Translations under genes and position numbers: made by a program
The notes under the pieces: generated by a model
Databases searched by the model: none
Told to the model about the DNA's origin: nothing
What the model saw: only the letters and a program-made list of their open reading frames with translations
IMG/VR virus record: IMGVR_UViG_3300046678_000400
Span: 5,463-69,462 of that record
Strand: one strand, 5' to 3'
From: a virus
Taxonomy: Duplodnaviria; Caudoviricetes
Length of the DNA: 64,000 bases
Shown: one piece after another, positions 41,014 to 50,593 of the stretch
Position numbering within the stretch: position 1 is the stretch's first letter
Layout: every line of letters starts with the position of its first letter

Positions 41014-41982
41014 ATGCCAAGAATTTTGGTCACTGGTGGTACTGGTTTCATTGGAAGTCAATTAGTCAAAAGGCTTGTTGCTGATGGTAATGATGTTATT
41101 ATAACAGGAAAAGGTACAGAACAAAAGACCAAAATCCCATGTATTTCATATTCTTTTCACGATCTAAATTGGAATGAAATACACCCCATCGACATTATTT
41201 TTCATCAAGCAGCAATCAGCGACACCACCCACAAACCAGAAGAAGATTACCATAAGGTAAATGTGGAACAGAATCAAATATTATTTAACGATGCAGTAAA
41301 TCACGGATGCAAAAAGATTGTTTATGCTTCATCTTGCGCTGTTTATGGCGATGTTGGCAATTACAAAGATGCGTATTATGACTTGGTTCTTCCTAATGAG
41401 AAGCCAAAATTTCGTAAACCATTTAGCGAAAACGATGCAACTCTCAATACGCCGCTCAATGCTTACGGGCGATCAAAAATATTATTTGACCAATGGGCTA
41501 TGGAGTTTGGCAAAAAGGAAGATGTTACAGTTATTGGATTAAGATATAGTAATGTTTATGGTCCTGGCGAAACGCACAAAGGCAAAAGTTCTTCAATGAT
41601 TTGGCAGCTTATTCAACAAATGACAATAGGTAAACCAAAATTATTTAAGTGGGGCGAACAGAGAAGAGATTTTGTTTATATTGATGACGTTATAGAAGCA
41701 AATTTATTAGCTACAAAACAAAAAATAAGTGATGTGTTCAATGTTGGGAGCGGAATTGCCAGCAGCTTTAATTCTATAGTGAAAACAATTAACGAAGAAT
41801 TAAAGACAAAACATGCCATAGAGTATATTGAAAATCCATATAAAGATGTATATCAAGATTTTACTCAGTGTGATTTAACTAAAGCAAATAAAATACTTCA
41901 ATATTATCCAAAATACAACATCATGAAAGGCGTTAAAGAATATCTTAAAAAAATATCGTCTAATGCTTTATACGGGGTGTAA
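41014..41982 (+). CDS. hldD: ADP-L-glycero-D-manno-heptose 6-epimerase-like SDR
   Basis: VTGGTGFIG, HQAAISDT, YASSCAVYG, PLNAYGRSK, LRYSNVYGP.E.HKG, RDFVYI. Confidence 0.85.
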   Translation: MPRILVTGGTGFIGSQLVKRLVADGNDVIITGKGTEQKTKIPCISYSFHDLNWNEIHPIDIIFHQAAISDTTHKPEEDYHKVNVEQNQILFNDAVNHGCKKIVYASSCAVYGDVGNYKDAYYDLVLPNEKPKFRKPFSENDATLNTPLNAYGRSKILFDQWAMEFGKKEDVTVIGLRYSNVYGPGETHKGKSSSMIWQLIQQMTIGKPKLFKWGEQRRDFVYIDDVIEANLLATKQKISDVFNVGSGIASSFNSIVKTINEELKTKHAIEYIENPYKDVYQDFTQCDLTKANKILQYYPKYNIMKGVKEYLKKISSNALYGV

Positions 41983-42814
41983 TGTCTACTGAATGAGGCT
42001 TATTGGAAATTAATGTAAAGTCTCCAAGTATATTAAAACTAAATGTTACGTGATGACTTTTGGCATTTTCAGATATAGTTCTTCTAAACCAAATCGGCAT
42101 TGTATCATTTGGATGAAGATTTCCTATAATTAAAGGATCACTACTAGAAGTTTTATAAAACTTAACTCCATTTGGTGTATTGTTTTCAAAGCCTATATTC
42201 GGAGCAACTGTATTAATAGGTCCACCTTCTTGAACCCTTACAGTAGACATATCTACACCTTCACTTACTATGCCTATTACTTCTTGTTGTCTTCCTGGTT
42301 TGAAAGTAACTATAAAATCAAATCCACTAGTTGATTCATTGCCAATACACTTAACTCCTTGAAAATGGTCAGATGAGTTTAAAGCTGCTGCTATATTATC
42401 AGCAACTTGCTCTGCATTTGTACTCCAATTTATTTGACGTGTTATATTGGTATGAACTATGCCATTTTGTTTCAATCCGTAAACTATCTGAAAAAAACCT
42501 CTAGTTGGTTTGCTGTTTGTTATTATAGCTTGAATTTCACTACGAAGCATTACTCCTAATTCAATTACCGTATCGGAACTTCTTTGATCTATAGATAAAA
42601 TTAGGTCTTTTAATATTTCTTCTTCATTATCATTTTTGATATAAAAACAACGATTACTAATACTGCCAGTTAAAGCCTCTTGGAATGTTACATCGTCAAA
42701 CAAATTTACATTATCATCAATTTGATGGATTGAAATTGATCCTCCAATAGATTTATTTGCTTTTGAGTTATTTTTACCACCAGACAACCAGAAAGAAATA
42801 TCATTTTTAATCAT
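41960..42814 (-). CDS. Probable virion structural protein
   Basis: LSGG.NN...NKSIGG.IS start typical of phage tail-associated proteins. Confidence 0.5.
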   Translation of the reverse strand: MIKNDISFWLSGGKNNSKANKSIGGSISIHQIDDNVNLFDDVTFQEALTGSISNRCFYIKNDNEEEILKDLILSIDQRSSDTVIELGVMLRSEIQAIITNSKPTRGFFQIVYGLKQNGIVHTNITRQINWSTNAEQVADNIAAALNSSDHFQGVKCIGNESTSGFDFIVTFKPGRQQEVIGIVSEGVDMSTVRVQEGGPINTVAPNIGFENNTPNGVKFYKTSSSDPLIIGNLHPNDTMPIWFRRTISENAKSHHVTFSFNILGDFTLISNKPHSVDITPRIKH

Positions 42815-42891
42815 AAACTGCCTTATTTAGATTTCTTTTAATTAAAAATATTTACAAGAATCATATATAAAGCAAGGATAGGAGATAAAAA

Positions 42892-43953
42892 ATGATTGAT
42901 TTTCAGACTTACCGCATTGTTAATAATCTACTTAATGAATCCGTTATGGGGATGCACAGCCTTGGTGTTGTTAGTCCTCAAGTTCTAGGTATGGCAAGTA
43001 ACATGCCTCTAACAAATGAAGCACCTATGAAGTTAAAACTTAAAGGTATTCCACACGGCGACGAAGAGGGTGGTCCTCCTGCTCCTATGGGTGATGAAAT
43101 GGGTGGAGAGATGGGCAGCGAAATGGGTGGTGAAATGGGTCCAGAAGGTCCAGGCGGCGAAGGCATGGATGATATGGGCGATGACCACGGCGACGAAATG
43201 GGCGATCCTGATATGGATGGCGACGGTGATGTTCATGCTAAAATTGCTGAACTAGAGGCCGAACTAGAAAAACTAAAAGCTCAAATTGGCGATGATGAAG
43301 ACGCCGAACTAGATCACGAAGACGACCTTAGCGAACCAGAGATGGACGGTGATGAAGATATGGCCGGTGATGATCTAGGTGATGAAGAAGGTGGCGACGA
43401 AAAGCCAGAACTTCCTTTCAAAAAAGGCAAGAACGCTCCTTTTATGAAGAAGGAATGTGGCGAAGATATGGGTGCAAAAGGTGGAGATGGAGAATTGGTC
43501 AATAAGAAAGATGGACCTACCTTTATGATGAAAAAAGCCAAGAAGATGAAGGGCGATGTTTCTATCGGTAAAGGTAAGAAATGCTCTGATGGCAAAATGT
43601 GCAAAAAATGTGATAACAATATGGATAAAAAAATGAAGAAAAATATTAAAGAAGAAAACGTTAAAGTTTCCGATTATGCAAGACCAAAGACACTTGATAA
43701 TTCTCAAGAGGCTTGGGAACAGAGAGTTTTCAATCAAATCGCATCTTCGGATGTTCGCAAGAAACACTCTAATGGTATGAGAGCATTTACAAATGAAGAT
43801 TTGCTATTGCCTCCAAATCCACTAGAATCTGTACCTCCTCCTAGCCCAGGCCAAGTAGGATTTGCTCCAAACCAACCAGTAGGTGGAGATTTGGGATTCA
43901 CAACAGAAGCCATTTCTGACATCATGCAAAGATTAGCAAGACTAGAAAAGTAA
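42892..43953 (+). CDS. Low-complexity acidic/basic protein (scaffold or internal head-like)
   Basis: GGEMG repeats, Asp/Glu tract, short coiled coil, Lys/Met-rich tract; AGGAG RBS. Confidence 0.55.
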   Translation: MIDFQTYRIVNNLLNESVMGMHSLGVVSPQVLGMASNMPLTNEAPMKLKLKGIPHGDEEGGPPAPMGDEMGGEMGSEMGGEMGPEGPGGEGMDDMGDDHGDEMGDPDMDGDGDVHAKIAELEAELEKLKAQIGDDEDAELDHEDDLSEPEMDGDEDMAGDDLGDEEGGDEKPELPFKKGKNAPFMKKECGEDMGAKGGDGELVNKKDGPTFMMKKAKKMKGDVSIGKGKKCSDGKMCKKCDNNMDKKMKKNIKEENVKVSDYARPKTLDNSQEAWEQRVFNQIASSDVRKKHSNGMRAFTNEDLLLPPNPLESVPPPSPGQVGFAPNQPVGGDLGFTTEAISDIMQRLARLEK

Positions 43954-43971
43954 TTTATCACTGTATATAAC

Positions 43972-43998
43972 AAAAGCCCATTTTAATGGGCTTTTTTT
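43972..43998. terminator. Bidirectional intrinsic terminator
   Basis: AAAAGCCCAT-TTTA-ATGGGCTTTT. Confidence 0.85.
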
Positions 43999-44055
43999 AT
44001 TGGTTTATAATTACACTTTACCACGCTAACAACTGCTAGCGAATAAGCTCTATGG

Positions 44056-44274
44056 TCAGCAACTTCCACCACGCCTTGGATTTTGTCTTTGTGGCGGTAC
44101 AGGTGGAGTTGGCTGTGGTTGTGGTTCAACTTTTGGTTGAGGAGCTTCTATCCGTGGCGCAACAGGATTTATTGGTTGTGCTGATTCTAGTATAGGATAT
44201 TGCTTGTTATATTCAATTCCTCCTATTGCTAGTCCTAGTATAAGAACCAATAAAGCCAAAATTTTATTACTCAT
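44056..44274 (-). CDS. Small Pro-rich membrane-anchored protein
   Basis: N-terminal TM helix; PQP repeats; GGAGG RBS. Confidence 0.6.
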   Translation of the reverse strand: MSNKILALLVLILGLAIGGIEYNKQYPILESAQPINPVAPRIEAPQPKVEPQPQPTPPVPPQRQNPRRGGSC

Positions 44275-44498
44275 ACTTCCTCCTTGTATAATATTTATAC
44301 ACGAACACTATAATAAAATAAGGAGAAATTTATGAAGAAGAAAGTCAAAAATTTTTGGTTGAATAGAATTGAATACCAAAAGAAATTAATTAGTGAACCC
44401 AAAAAGCCAGTGGTAATTCCTTCTATCTACAACACTAAGGCAGACAAAAAAATTGAAAAACTAGTAAAAAAATTGGATTATCAAATATAAATAAAAAC

Positions 44499-44792
44499 AT
44501 GAAAAAGATAATATTAATACTATTGGCATTACCACTCTTTGCTATGATTGGATGCAATAATCAACCACAGGTACAACCACAACCAGAACGTAAAATAGAG
44601 ATTGAAATTAAGCCGCAACCACAGCCACAACCTGGACCTCCACAAGTTATTAGTCCAATGTATATGAGTGGTTATTGGGATGGTTATTTTGGTAGATATG
44701 TAAGTGCTAGATGGGCATTTTTCGATTATAGAGAAGGTTGGACACTAGGCAATTTTGACCGTCAACACAATATTAAGAGATTTCCACATTAA
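44499..44792 (+). CDS. Pro/Gln-rich lipoprotein
   Basis: Signal peptide with lipobox MIGC. Confidence 0.65.
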   Translation: MKKIILILLALPLFAMIGCNNQPQVQPQPERKIEIEIKPQPQPQPGPPQVISPMYMSGYWDGYFGRYVSARWAFFDYREGWTLGNFDRQHNIKRFPH

Positions 44793-45715
44793 GGAAATGG
44801 AACGTAATCATCTGGGTATTTCTTTTGAGGATTATTTTTATCAACAACTGGAATATCCAAACTTCGTCTTCCAAATATAGCAAAATTAATATTAACAGCT
44901 ATAACTCTGCTGCTAATGTCTTGCGCAGCTCTATATTCGCAATTTTTAAGGAAATTAGTTAATTCTTCTGCTGTTATAACACTGTCCTGGTTTGGATCAA
45001 TACTTTTATTTTTTTCTGCTAATGCATTAAAGACTTTTTCCATTATTCTTCCTTGAACACCAACAGCACTTTCTGTTGTAGCATCAGAACTAGCAATCAT
45101 ACTAAGTAACTTCTGTTGACTTTCTGGAAGAGAATTAATAGCAGGCAAACTGGCAGAAGCAAAACAACTTAACTGCCACCACAAAACCTTTTGATTATTT
45201 TCCTCAGCCGCACCAGCAATAGCATTCATTAAAATTGAACGCTGTCCTATATTGTGAAGTTGACCATTAGCAGAACCATGACCGATTGTAAAGACAATTA
45301 CAGTATCTCCTGCCTCAGCATCTATCTTCATTTGTTGACTAATAAACTCTTGAAGTTTTGTTTGTTCTTGAACTTCAATGCCCTCACGCAAATCAATTCT
45401 ATTTGTGCTTATTAATGAGTTGAGGAATAGAACCTGAAATCTTCCATCTTTGTTTATGAAGTGATTTCCAATGCCTTTTATTTCAAGACCCTTACTTTTA
45501 GCCCCCTGGACAGAAGACATAGCCAAATTAGCATCAATGTCTGCAATGTTTTCTTTTGAATGCTTGAGTGCCAATAGTCTAATTTTAATAACTTTACTAT
45601 TGCTTGAAATTGTTACTTGTTCACTACTTTGGTCTTTAACGTCTTCTATAACAGATAATGAAAAGGTGAAAGTGGCTAAACTAATTACTAATAAGATGGA
45701 TAATATTCTCTTCAT
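44789..45715 (-). CDS. Exported clan CD (caspase/legumain-like) cysteine peptidase
   Basis: Signal peptide; IVFTIGHGS (His-Gly) and WWQLSCFAS (Cys) dyad spacing; IASSD. Confidence 0.7.
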   Translation of the reverse strand: MKRILSILLVISLATFTFSLSVIEDVKDQSSEQVTISSNSKVIKIRLLALKHSKENIADIDANLAMSSVQGAKSKGLEIKGIGNHFINKDGRFQVLFLNSLISTNRIDLREGIEVQEQTKLQEFISQQMKIDAEAGDTVIVFTIGHGSANGQLHNIGQRSILMNAIAGAAEENNQKVLWWQLSCFASASLPAINSLPESQQKLLSMIASSDATTESAVGVQGRIMEKVFNALAEKNKSIDPNQDSVITAEELTNFLKNCEYRAAQDISSRVIAVNINFAIFGRRSLDIPVVDKNNPQKKYPDDYVPFP

Positions 45716-45727
45716 AAAGAATATTTA

Positions 45728-46354
45728 TTAATAAACTTTATTATTTATGCAATATATTATTTTCTTCTTTTTTTGTTTTATTTCATGTATGTAAAATCTA
45801 AACAGACTTTGTGGCATCTCTGGAATGAAAAGCTCACCAGGAAGCCAATCATACCTAATACCAGCTACAATACTGGGCGGCAACACAGAATGACCGCCAT
45901 AACCACGAAATTCTATGCCCTGCTGAAATCTATTACAGTTTATTCTTTTCCCATGTCGAATTTTTGGATGCCTAAAGAGATGATGAATTGACTTGTTAGA
46001 TTTCCACTTTGGGTGTGGATAATCTCTGAGAATTTGGTCATTTAAATATTTGTTTCCACATTCTTTATCTGCCTCAACGTCTATAATTTCTCCTAAAAGC
46101 AATCCCATATTGGCTTTAGGATTTGCTTCAAAATAACTTTTTATAGCTTCTGGATTGTGATGTGTAGTCCAATCTGCAAAGGCTGGACGTTTTGAATCTT
46201 CAAGAACAGGAATAATCTTCAATTTGTGTTTTTGTGTGTATATTTTATAAGTTTCAAGAAGTATGCTCATAAATATAAATATGTCCTTTAAAAAATGGCT
46301 AGAAAACATGGAACACGAAAGACAACTGAGCCAAAGCGCAGTTGTCTCTATCAA
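45728..46354 (-). CDS. Bifunctional primase/polymerase N-terminal domain protein
   Basis: IIPV..SKRP..W, NMGLLLG.IIDVEAD, HHLF, IEFRG.GG..VLPPS. Confidence 0.8.
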   Translation of the reverse strand: MIETTALWLSCLSCSMFSSHFLKDIFIFMSILLETYKIYTQKHKLKIIPVLEDSKRPAFADWTTHHNPEAIKSYFEANPKANMGLLLGEIIDVEADKECGNKYLNDQILRDYPHPKWKSNKSIHHLFRHPKIRHGKRINCNRFQQGIEFRGYGGHSVLPPSIVAGIRYDWLPGELFIPEMPQSLFRFYIHEIKQKKKKIIYCINNKVY

Positions 46355-46496
46355 ATCAAACCCGAAAGAACCACAACTTTCCAGATATGGTTATATGAAG
46401 AAACTCAAAGCAGATAATAAGAAATACAAAAGCCAATAATAAAGCCAATAATTATAAGAGGAATGTCTAGCCGCCGTATAAATTTCATAGTTTTCA

Positions 46497-47255
46497 TTAT
46501 TCCTCTTCTTCGTGATGACAGCCGCAACCTTCTTCACATTCTTCTTCCTTTTCGGCTTCTTCTTTTCTTCGCTCTGTCATCATCTTATCAAAGATATCAT
46601 AGTCACTCTTGTAATCAAAGATACCAGAAATGAAGGCTCTTGTCAAGTCACATTCTTCCCCTGTAAGGTTATGACCACCTTCATCAGACTCGATAAATTT
46701 AGCATTGTAGCCATTTTCTGTCAGCACTTTCTTCATTGGTAAATAACGTTCATCCCACTTAAAACAATCGTCATCCATGTTGTGTTGAACGCAGAGCGGG
46801 GTATTGTGTTTTGACTTCGGCAACTTTTCAGGTTCAAGAATAGCACCTGCCAACGACAAAACACCAGCATAAGGTTCATCAGAGTGAGCAAGCATCTGAA
46901 TAGCCATTACAGAACCGGCAGAAAAACCGACAATTACCATTTCCTTTTTCTTGAATCCAAACGCTCTTTCGATGCGCTTAATTTCATTTTCTAGCACGCC
47001 CCTTGCCTTTTCTAGGCCATTGGCAGCAGCTACTTGGTCTTCTGGACCATTTGGGGCTGGATACCATTCTAGATTACGGGGTTCTAATATAAATTTGAAA
47101 GAACGCCATAAGCCAACATGAAGCATGAATCGTTCCATAAGATTGCCAGAAACACCACGTCCAGGCAACACAAGAACACATCCCCTTTGCTCAATAGGGA
47201 AGTCTGTGCCTGGAATGAAGTCATCCGCCCGCATAATAATGTCTTTGTCGATCAT
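46497..47255 (-). CDS. Phospholipase/carboxylesterase (alpha/beta hydrolase)
   Basis: LPGRG, GFSAG nucleophile elbow, D and GGHNL. Confidence 0.85.
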   Translation of the reverse strand: MIDKDIIMRADDFIPGTDFPIEQRGCVLVLPGRGVSGNLMERFMLHVGLWRSFKFILEPRNLEWYPAPNGPEDQVAAANGLEKARGVLENEIKRIERAFGFKKKEMVIVGFSAGSVMAIQMLAHSDEPYAGVLSLAGAILEPEKLPKSKHNTPLCVQHNMDDDCFKWDERYLPMKKVLTENGYNAKFIESDEGGHNLTGEECDLTRAFISGIFDYKSDYDIFDKMMTERRKEEAEKEEECEEGCGCHHEEEE

Positions 47256-47431
47256 TTTTTGCCTTTCGATAAAAGTTGTAATACTGCGTCTAATTTTTCT
47301 TGTTCATTATAAAGCCAAGTTATGGCATCACCAGCAGTCGTATTTTCGTCTTCAAAAACATCTTTTAGGACTTGTTTAATATCCTTGATAAAGTTAATAG
47401 CTTCTTTTTCTTTAGTCATTAGATACTCCCT

Positions 47432-47469
47432 AAAAAAAAGGCGAGGCATCTCTTATGAGACGCCCCGCC
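47432..47469 (-). terminator. Intrinsic terminator after the ligase gene
   Basis: GC-rich stem followed by T8 on the minus strand. Confidence 0.75.
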
Positions 47470-47486
47470 AACCACGCCGCCGACGA

Positions 47487-48431
47487 TTACAGACTCCATG
47501 CTTGAACCAAATTGACCTGCACGGGTTCGCTATGGTGCAGGATTTGAGCATACAAGTCGTTTGGCATGTATTTCTTGACAAAGTTGTTCAAGAAATCCTT
47601 TGCCAGCTTCTTGTCGCTTTCGTTGATGGCCTTCTGCAAGGTTTCAGCGTTATATGCCTTGCAGGTTTGTTCGTCTTCCCACAACTCCAGATGGCGGTTT
47701 TCACGAACGAAATCAACAACAAAATCACAAATGTTATAGACCAATTTCACCGTTTCAGGCGAACGCAACCAGAAGTTGCTTGTTGCACGATATTCGACGC
47801 CGTAATCGTTTTCTGGCTTGCTGGGTCGGTGATAGCCAGCCTTGCCATAAAGTTTACGGCGTGCAGGCGAATGCGGGTCTTGGTCGATCCAGAGCGAAGG
47901 AATGCCCAGGAACAGATCAAGCATACGGACAACCCAAACACGACCCCACGCACGGGCAACGCCGCCGTCTTCCTCGTTCGGAGCCATTAGTGGCCATTCC
48001 TCGACGCCATAGCCAAGGTGGACGTGACCACCGGCACTACGGAAAGTGGTTTTGCATTCAGGAGCCTGAACAATGCCCATTTTATAGGCATCGAACTCAG
48101 GATCACAACCAAACACCAAAGCATCGGGGTGCTTACACTCAGCAAGCGGATATGTCGCCGACGCTTGAAGGCGAAGCTGGTACGGAGAAATGGCACGGGA
48201 AAGCCGACTTAGGCAGTTAGCGAAACTCTGCACCAAGCCATCAGCGCTATTTGCTGGGTTGATATTGACCTCGGCCAAAACGTTATCGTAAAATAACTTG
48301 TTGCCGCCGCCCAAGTCAACTTTCTCGTCCTTCGTTCCTTTGACAATGCCAATGGCACTCTTGAGGTTGCCATGAATATCAACCAACATGAACTCAGGAT
48401 CGCTACCAACACTCAATTTCGATTTCGGCAT
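47487..48431 (-). CDS. phiEco32-like COOH.NH2 ligase type 2
   Basis: VGSDPEF, DNVLAE.N, FGCDPEF, RSAGGHVH, LYGKAG..R, GVEYRATSNFW. Confidence 0.9.
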   Translation of the reverse strand: MPKSKLSVGSDPEFMLVDIHGNLKSAIGIVKGTKDEKVDLGGGNKLFYDNVLAEVNINPANSADGLVQSFANCLSRLSRAISPYQLRLQASATYPLAECKHPDALVFGCDPEFDAYKMGIVQAPECKTTFRSAGGHVHLGYGVEEWPLMAPNEEDGGVARAWGRVWVVRMLDLFLGIPSLWIDQDPHSPARRKLYGKAGYHRPSKPENDYGVEYRATSNFWLRSPETVKLVYNICDFVVDFVRENRHLELWEDEQTCKAYNAETLQKAINESDKKLAKDFLNNFVKKYMPNDLYAQILHHSEPVQVNLVQAWSL

Positions 48432-48686
48432 GGTTTTAACTCCCTTAGAAACAGGTTTAATTGCCTTGATGGTTAAATCTTACACGATTGAATTAATTAA
48501 GTCAATATTATTTGGATTCTATTTCTTTGGTTTTAACAGAAACAATCTCGGCATCTTCTTGACCATCGCTCACACCATAGAAAAAATTGTACAAATCCCC
48601 CGCATTGGTGTCTTCGAGATTCGGGTCTTCTTCGCTCATAATCACGATTGTTGTCTTGAACATCACTTAACTCCCTAAAAATGAGG

Positions 48687-49691
48687 TTAGTACCACTTCT
48701 TTTTCTTCAATTTGGCTTCTTTCGCAGCCTTCTTTTCGGCCTTTTCCTTTTCTTTGGCTTCTTTCTCTGCGGCCCTTTTAGCCTCTAATTCTTTAGCAAA
48801 TTCAGGATCAATAGCCGCTCTATCATTATCGGCCTTTTCTTGAGCCTTTCTTTCTGCGTACTGTTTAGCAAATTCAGGATCAGTAAGAGAACGACGATGC
48901 CAATATTTGCACACACTCTTGGATTGTTCGCCAGCAAATGCAACAATGCCAGTTTGATTGTGCATTGTTCCAATCTGTGTTCCTTTAGGATAATTCTTAG
49001 CGGTATCAATATAGAATATCTTTCGATATCCCAATTTGAGGATTAATTCAATTCCCTTCATGCCCTGCTGAACGTAACTCTTGTCATTACTTTGGTAAGG
49101 TTTAACTTTGCCTTCCAAAAGTTTATTAATTGTATCCATGCAATCATCGCCGGTCTTATGGATAAATCCAACACGCAACAATAGGGTATACATGGAGACA
49201 AAAACCGGCGCATTTTGCCACATACCACTGGACTCAATGATCCAGCAGCCATTCTTGTATTTGGCAGGTGGGTTTGAGACTTTATATGCAACACTTTTCT
49301 TGAGATGCAATTTGACGCAAAATTGGTTCAAGAAATCTATAACGTGGGGAATTTTATCATTTAATGACTTGTCTGAGGAATTGACTACGATAAGACGAAG
49401 TTTGTCAAGGCTGAGTTTTGGTTGAGTATCTGGATTATATGTGAAACCATAAATGGAAGCTATGCCGCCGTGCAAATGAGACATAATGGCATCTTGAATG
49501 AAATCTTTACAAAACACAAAATCGTGGCATTGTTCCAAGTTTTCATTTGCCAAAGCGTATTCCAATCCAGAGGAATAAATTTGAGCAATGCTACTAGCTT
49601 TTTTTGGAAGCCACTTAACATCTACACTATCTGCACTTTCCTTTGGCTTTACATCAACTGTGGGCTTAGGAGCGAAGAAGCTAAAACTCAT
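48687..49691 (-). CDS. Conserved hypothetical partner of the COOH.NH2 ligase
   Basis: CKDFIQD, IYGFTY, SMYTLLLR; duplicated DPEFAK C-terminal repeat. Confidence 0.5.
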   Translation of the reverse strand: MSFSFFAPKPTVDVKPKESADSVDVKWLPKKASSIAQIYSSGLEYALANENLEQCHDFVFCKDFIQDAIMSHLHGGIASIYGFTYNPDTQPKLSLDKLRLIVVNSSDKSLNDKIPHVIDFLNQFCVKLHLKKSVAYKVSNPPAKYKNGCWIIESSGMWQNAPVFVSMYTLLLRVGFIHKTGDDCMDTINKLLEGKVKPYQSNDKSYVQQGMKGIELILKLGYRKIFYIDTAKNYPKGTQIGTMHNQTGIVAFAGEQSKSVCKYWHRRSLTDPEFAKQYAERKAQEKADNDRAAIDPEFAKELEAKRAAEKEAKEKEKAEKKAAKEAKLKKKKWY

Positions 49692-49733
49692 TGTTTATCC
49701 TTTTACTTTTTGAGTTTTGACAATACATACTGT

Positions 49734-50090
49734 ATGGAAAGTTTCAAACAGTACATATTGTCCGAAACGGTTGATTTAAACACCGAACACGAAATCATGA
49801 ATATGTACTATGACAGACACGGCTTCAAAATATCTGATATCAGCGATGCTACTGGCGTATCTCCCGCTGGAATATATCGTATTCTTCAAAGACATTCAAT
49901 ATCACCAAGTAGACGAAAAGCCGATATGAATTACGAAACCATTTATCACTATCATGACTCTGGTTTTACTGTACGTAAAATCTCAGAGTTAACAGGCTAT
50001 TCATTGAGACAAGTATATAATATTTTGGAAAAACGCCAAGATTCATTTAATAAAAATTGGCATGGTGATTTCTCTGGCCAAATTAGCTAA
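49734..50090 (+). CDS. Tandem helix-turn-helix protein
   Basis: Two HTH repeats (ISDATGVSPAGIYRIL, ISELTGYSLRQVYNIL); start 4 nt after TACATA. Confidence 0.7.
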   Translation: MESFKQYILSETVDLNTEHEIMNMYYDRHGFKISDISDATGVSPAGIYRILQRHSISPSRRKADMNYETIYHYHDSGFTVRKISELTGYSLRQVYNILEKRQDSFNKNWHGDFSGQIS

Positions 50091-50582
50091 ATCACTATTA
50101 AATGACTCCGCAACCTCATTCATACCCAACACCAAACAAGAATCTCTCATTTGCTTAGCAAAATCAAATTCGTCTAAATAATAAGGATTATCTCTCAATA
50201 AGCGAATAATTTCCTTGTGAAGATTCCTTTTCTTCATATCTTTATAGTCACCATCAACCGTTTGCCAATAAGATTTCTTTTTGCGATTGGTTGAATCCTT
50301 CATTAATTCAACAGCAATACCCAAGTGGCGTGTGTCTAAAAAAATTGTTCCCCTTGTTAATTTTGTTGCTACATTTGCTGCTTCTTGGTAATTTCCGGCA
50401 GAATAATAACATATACCAACATTTAGTTGGCACATATCAGCTAACTCTTTTTCTTTATTCTTCTTTAGATTGTATAAATGACTATATGCGTTTCCGGCTT
50501 CTATAAACAGCCGTTTGGCATACTTAAATCGGCATTTACAGAAGGCAGAAATCGCACTGTCATACTTTTGACGTGCATCCAT
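50043..50582 (-). CDS. TPR-like helical protein
   Basis: A...F..A....., LNVGICYYSAGNYQEA. Confidence 0.55.
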   Translation of the reverse strand: MDARQKYDSAISAFCKCRFKYAKRLFIEAGNAYSHLYNLKKNKEKELADMCQLNVGICYYSAGNYQEAANVATKLTRGTIFLDTRHLGIAVELMKDSTNRKKKSYWQTVDGDYKDMKKRNLHKEIIRLLRDNPYYLDEFDFAKQMRDSCLVLGMNEVAESFNSDLANLAREITMPIFIK

Positions 50583-50593
50583 CTACCCACCCT

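Noticed and set aside
42978-43973. Pro/Ser-rich antisense ORFs opposite the acidic protein
   Set aside because: Mirror-image artefacts of the Gly/Glu/Met repeats
47252-47449. Capsid-targeting-like start MPRLFFREYLMTKE
   Set aside because: That ATG lies inside a terminator stem; a GGGAG RBS points to the later start MTKE at 47419
47322-48412. Long antisense and alternative-frame ORFs over the ligase gene
   Set aside because: Expected in a GC-richer segment with few stops; no motifs or RBS
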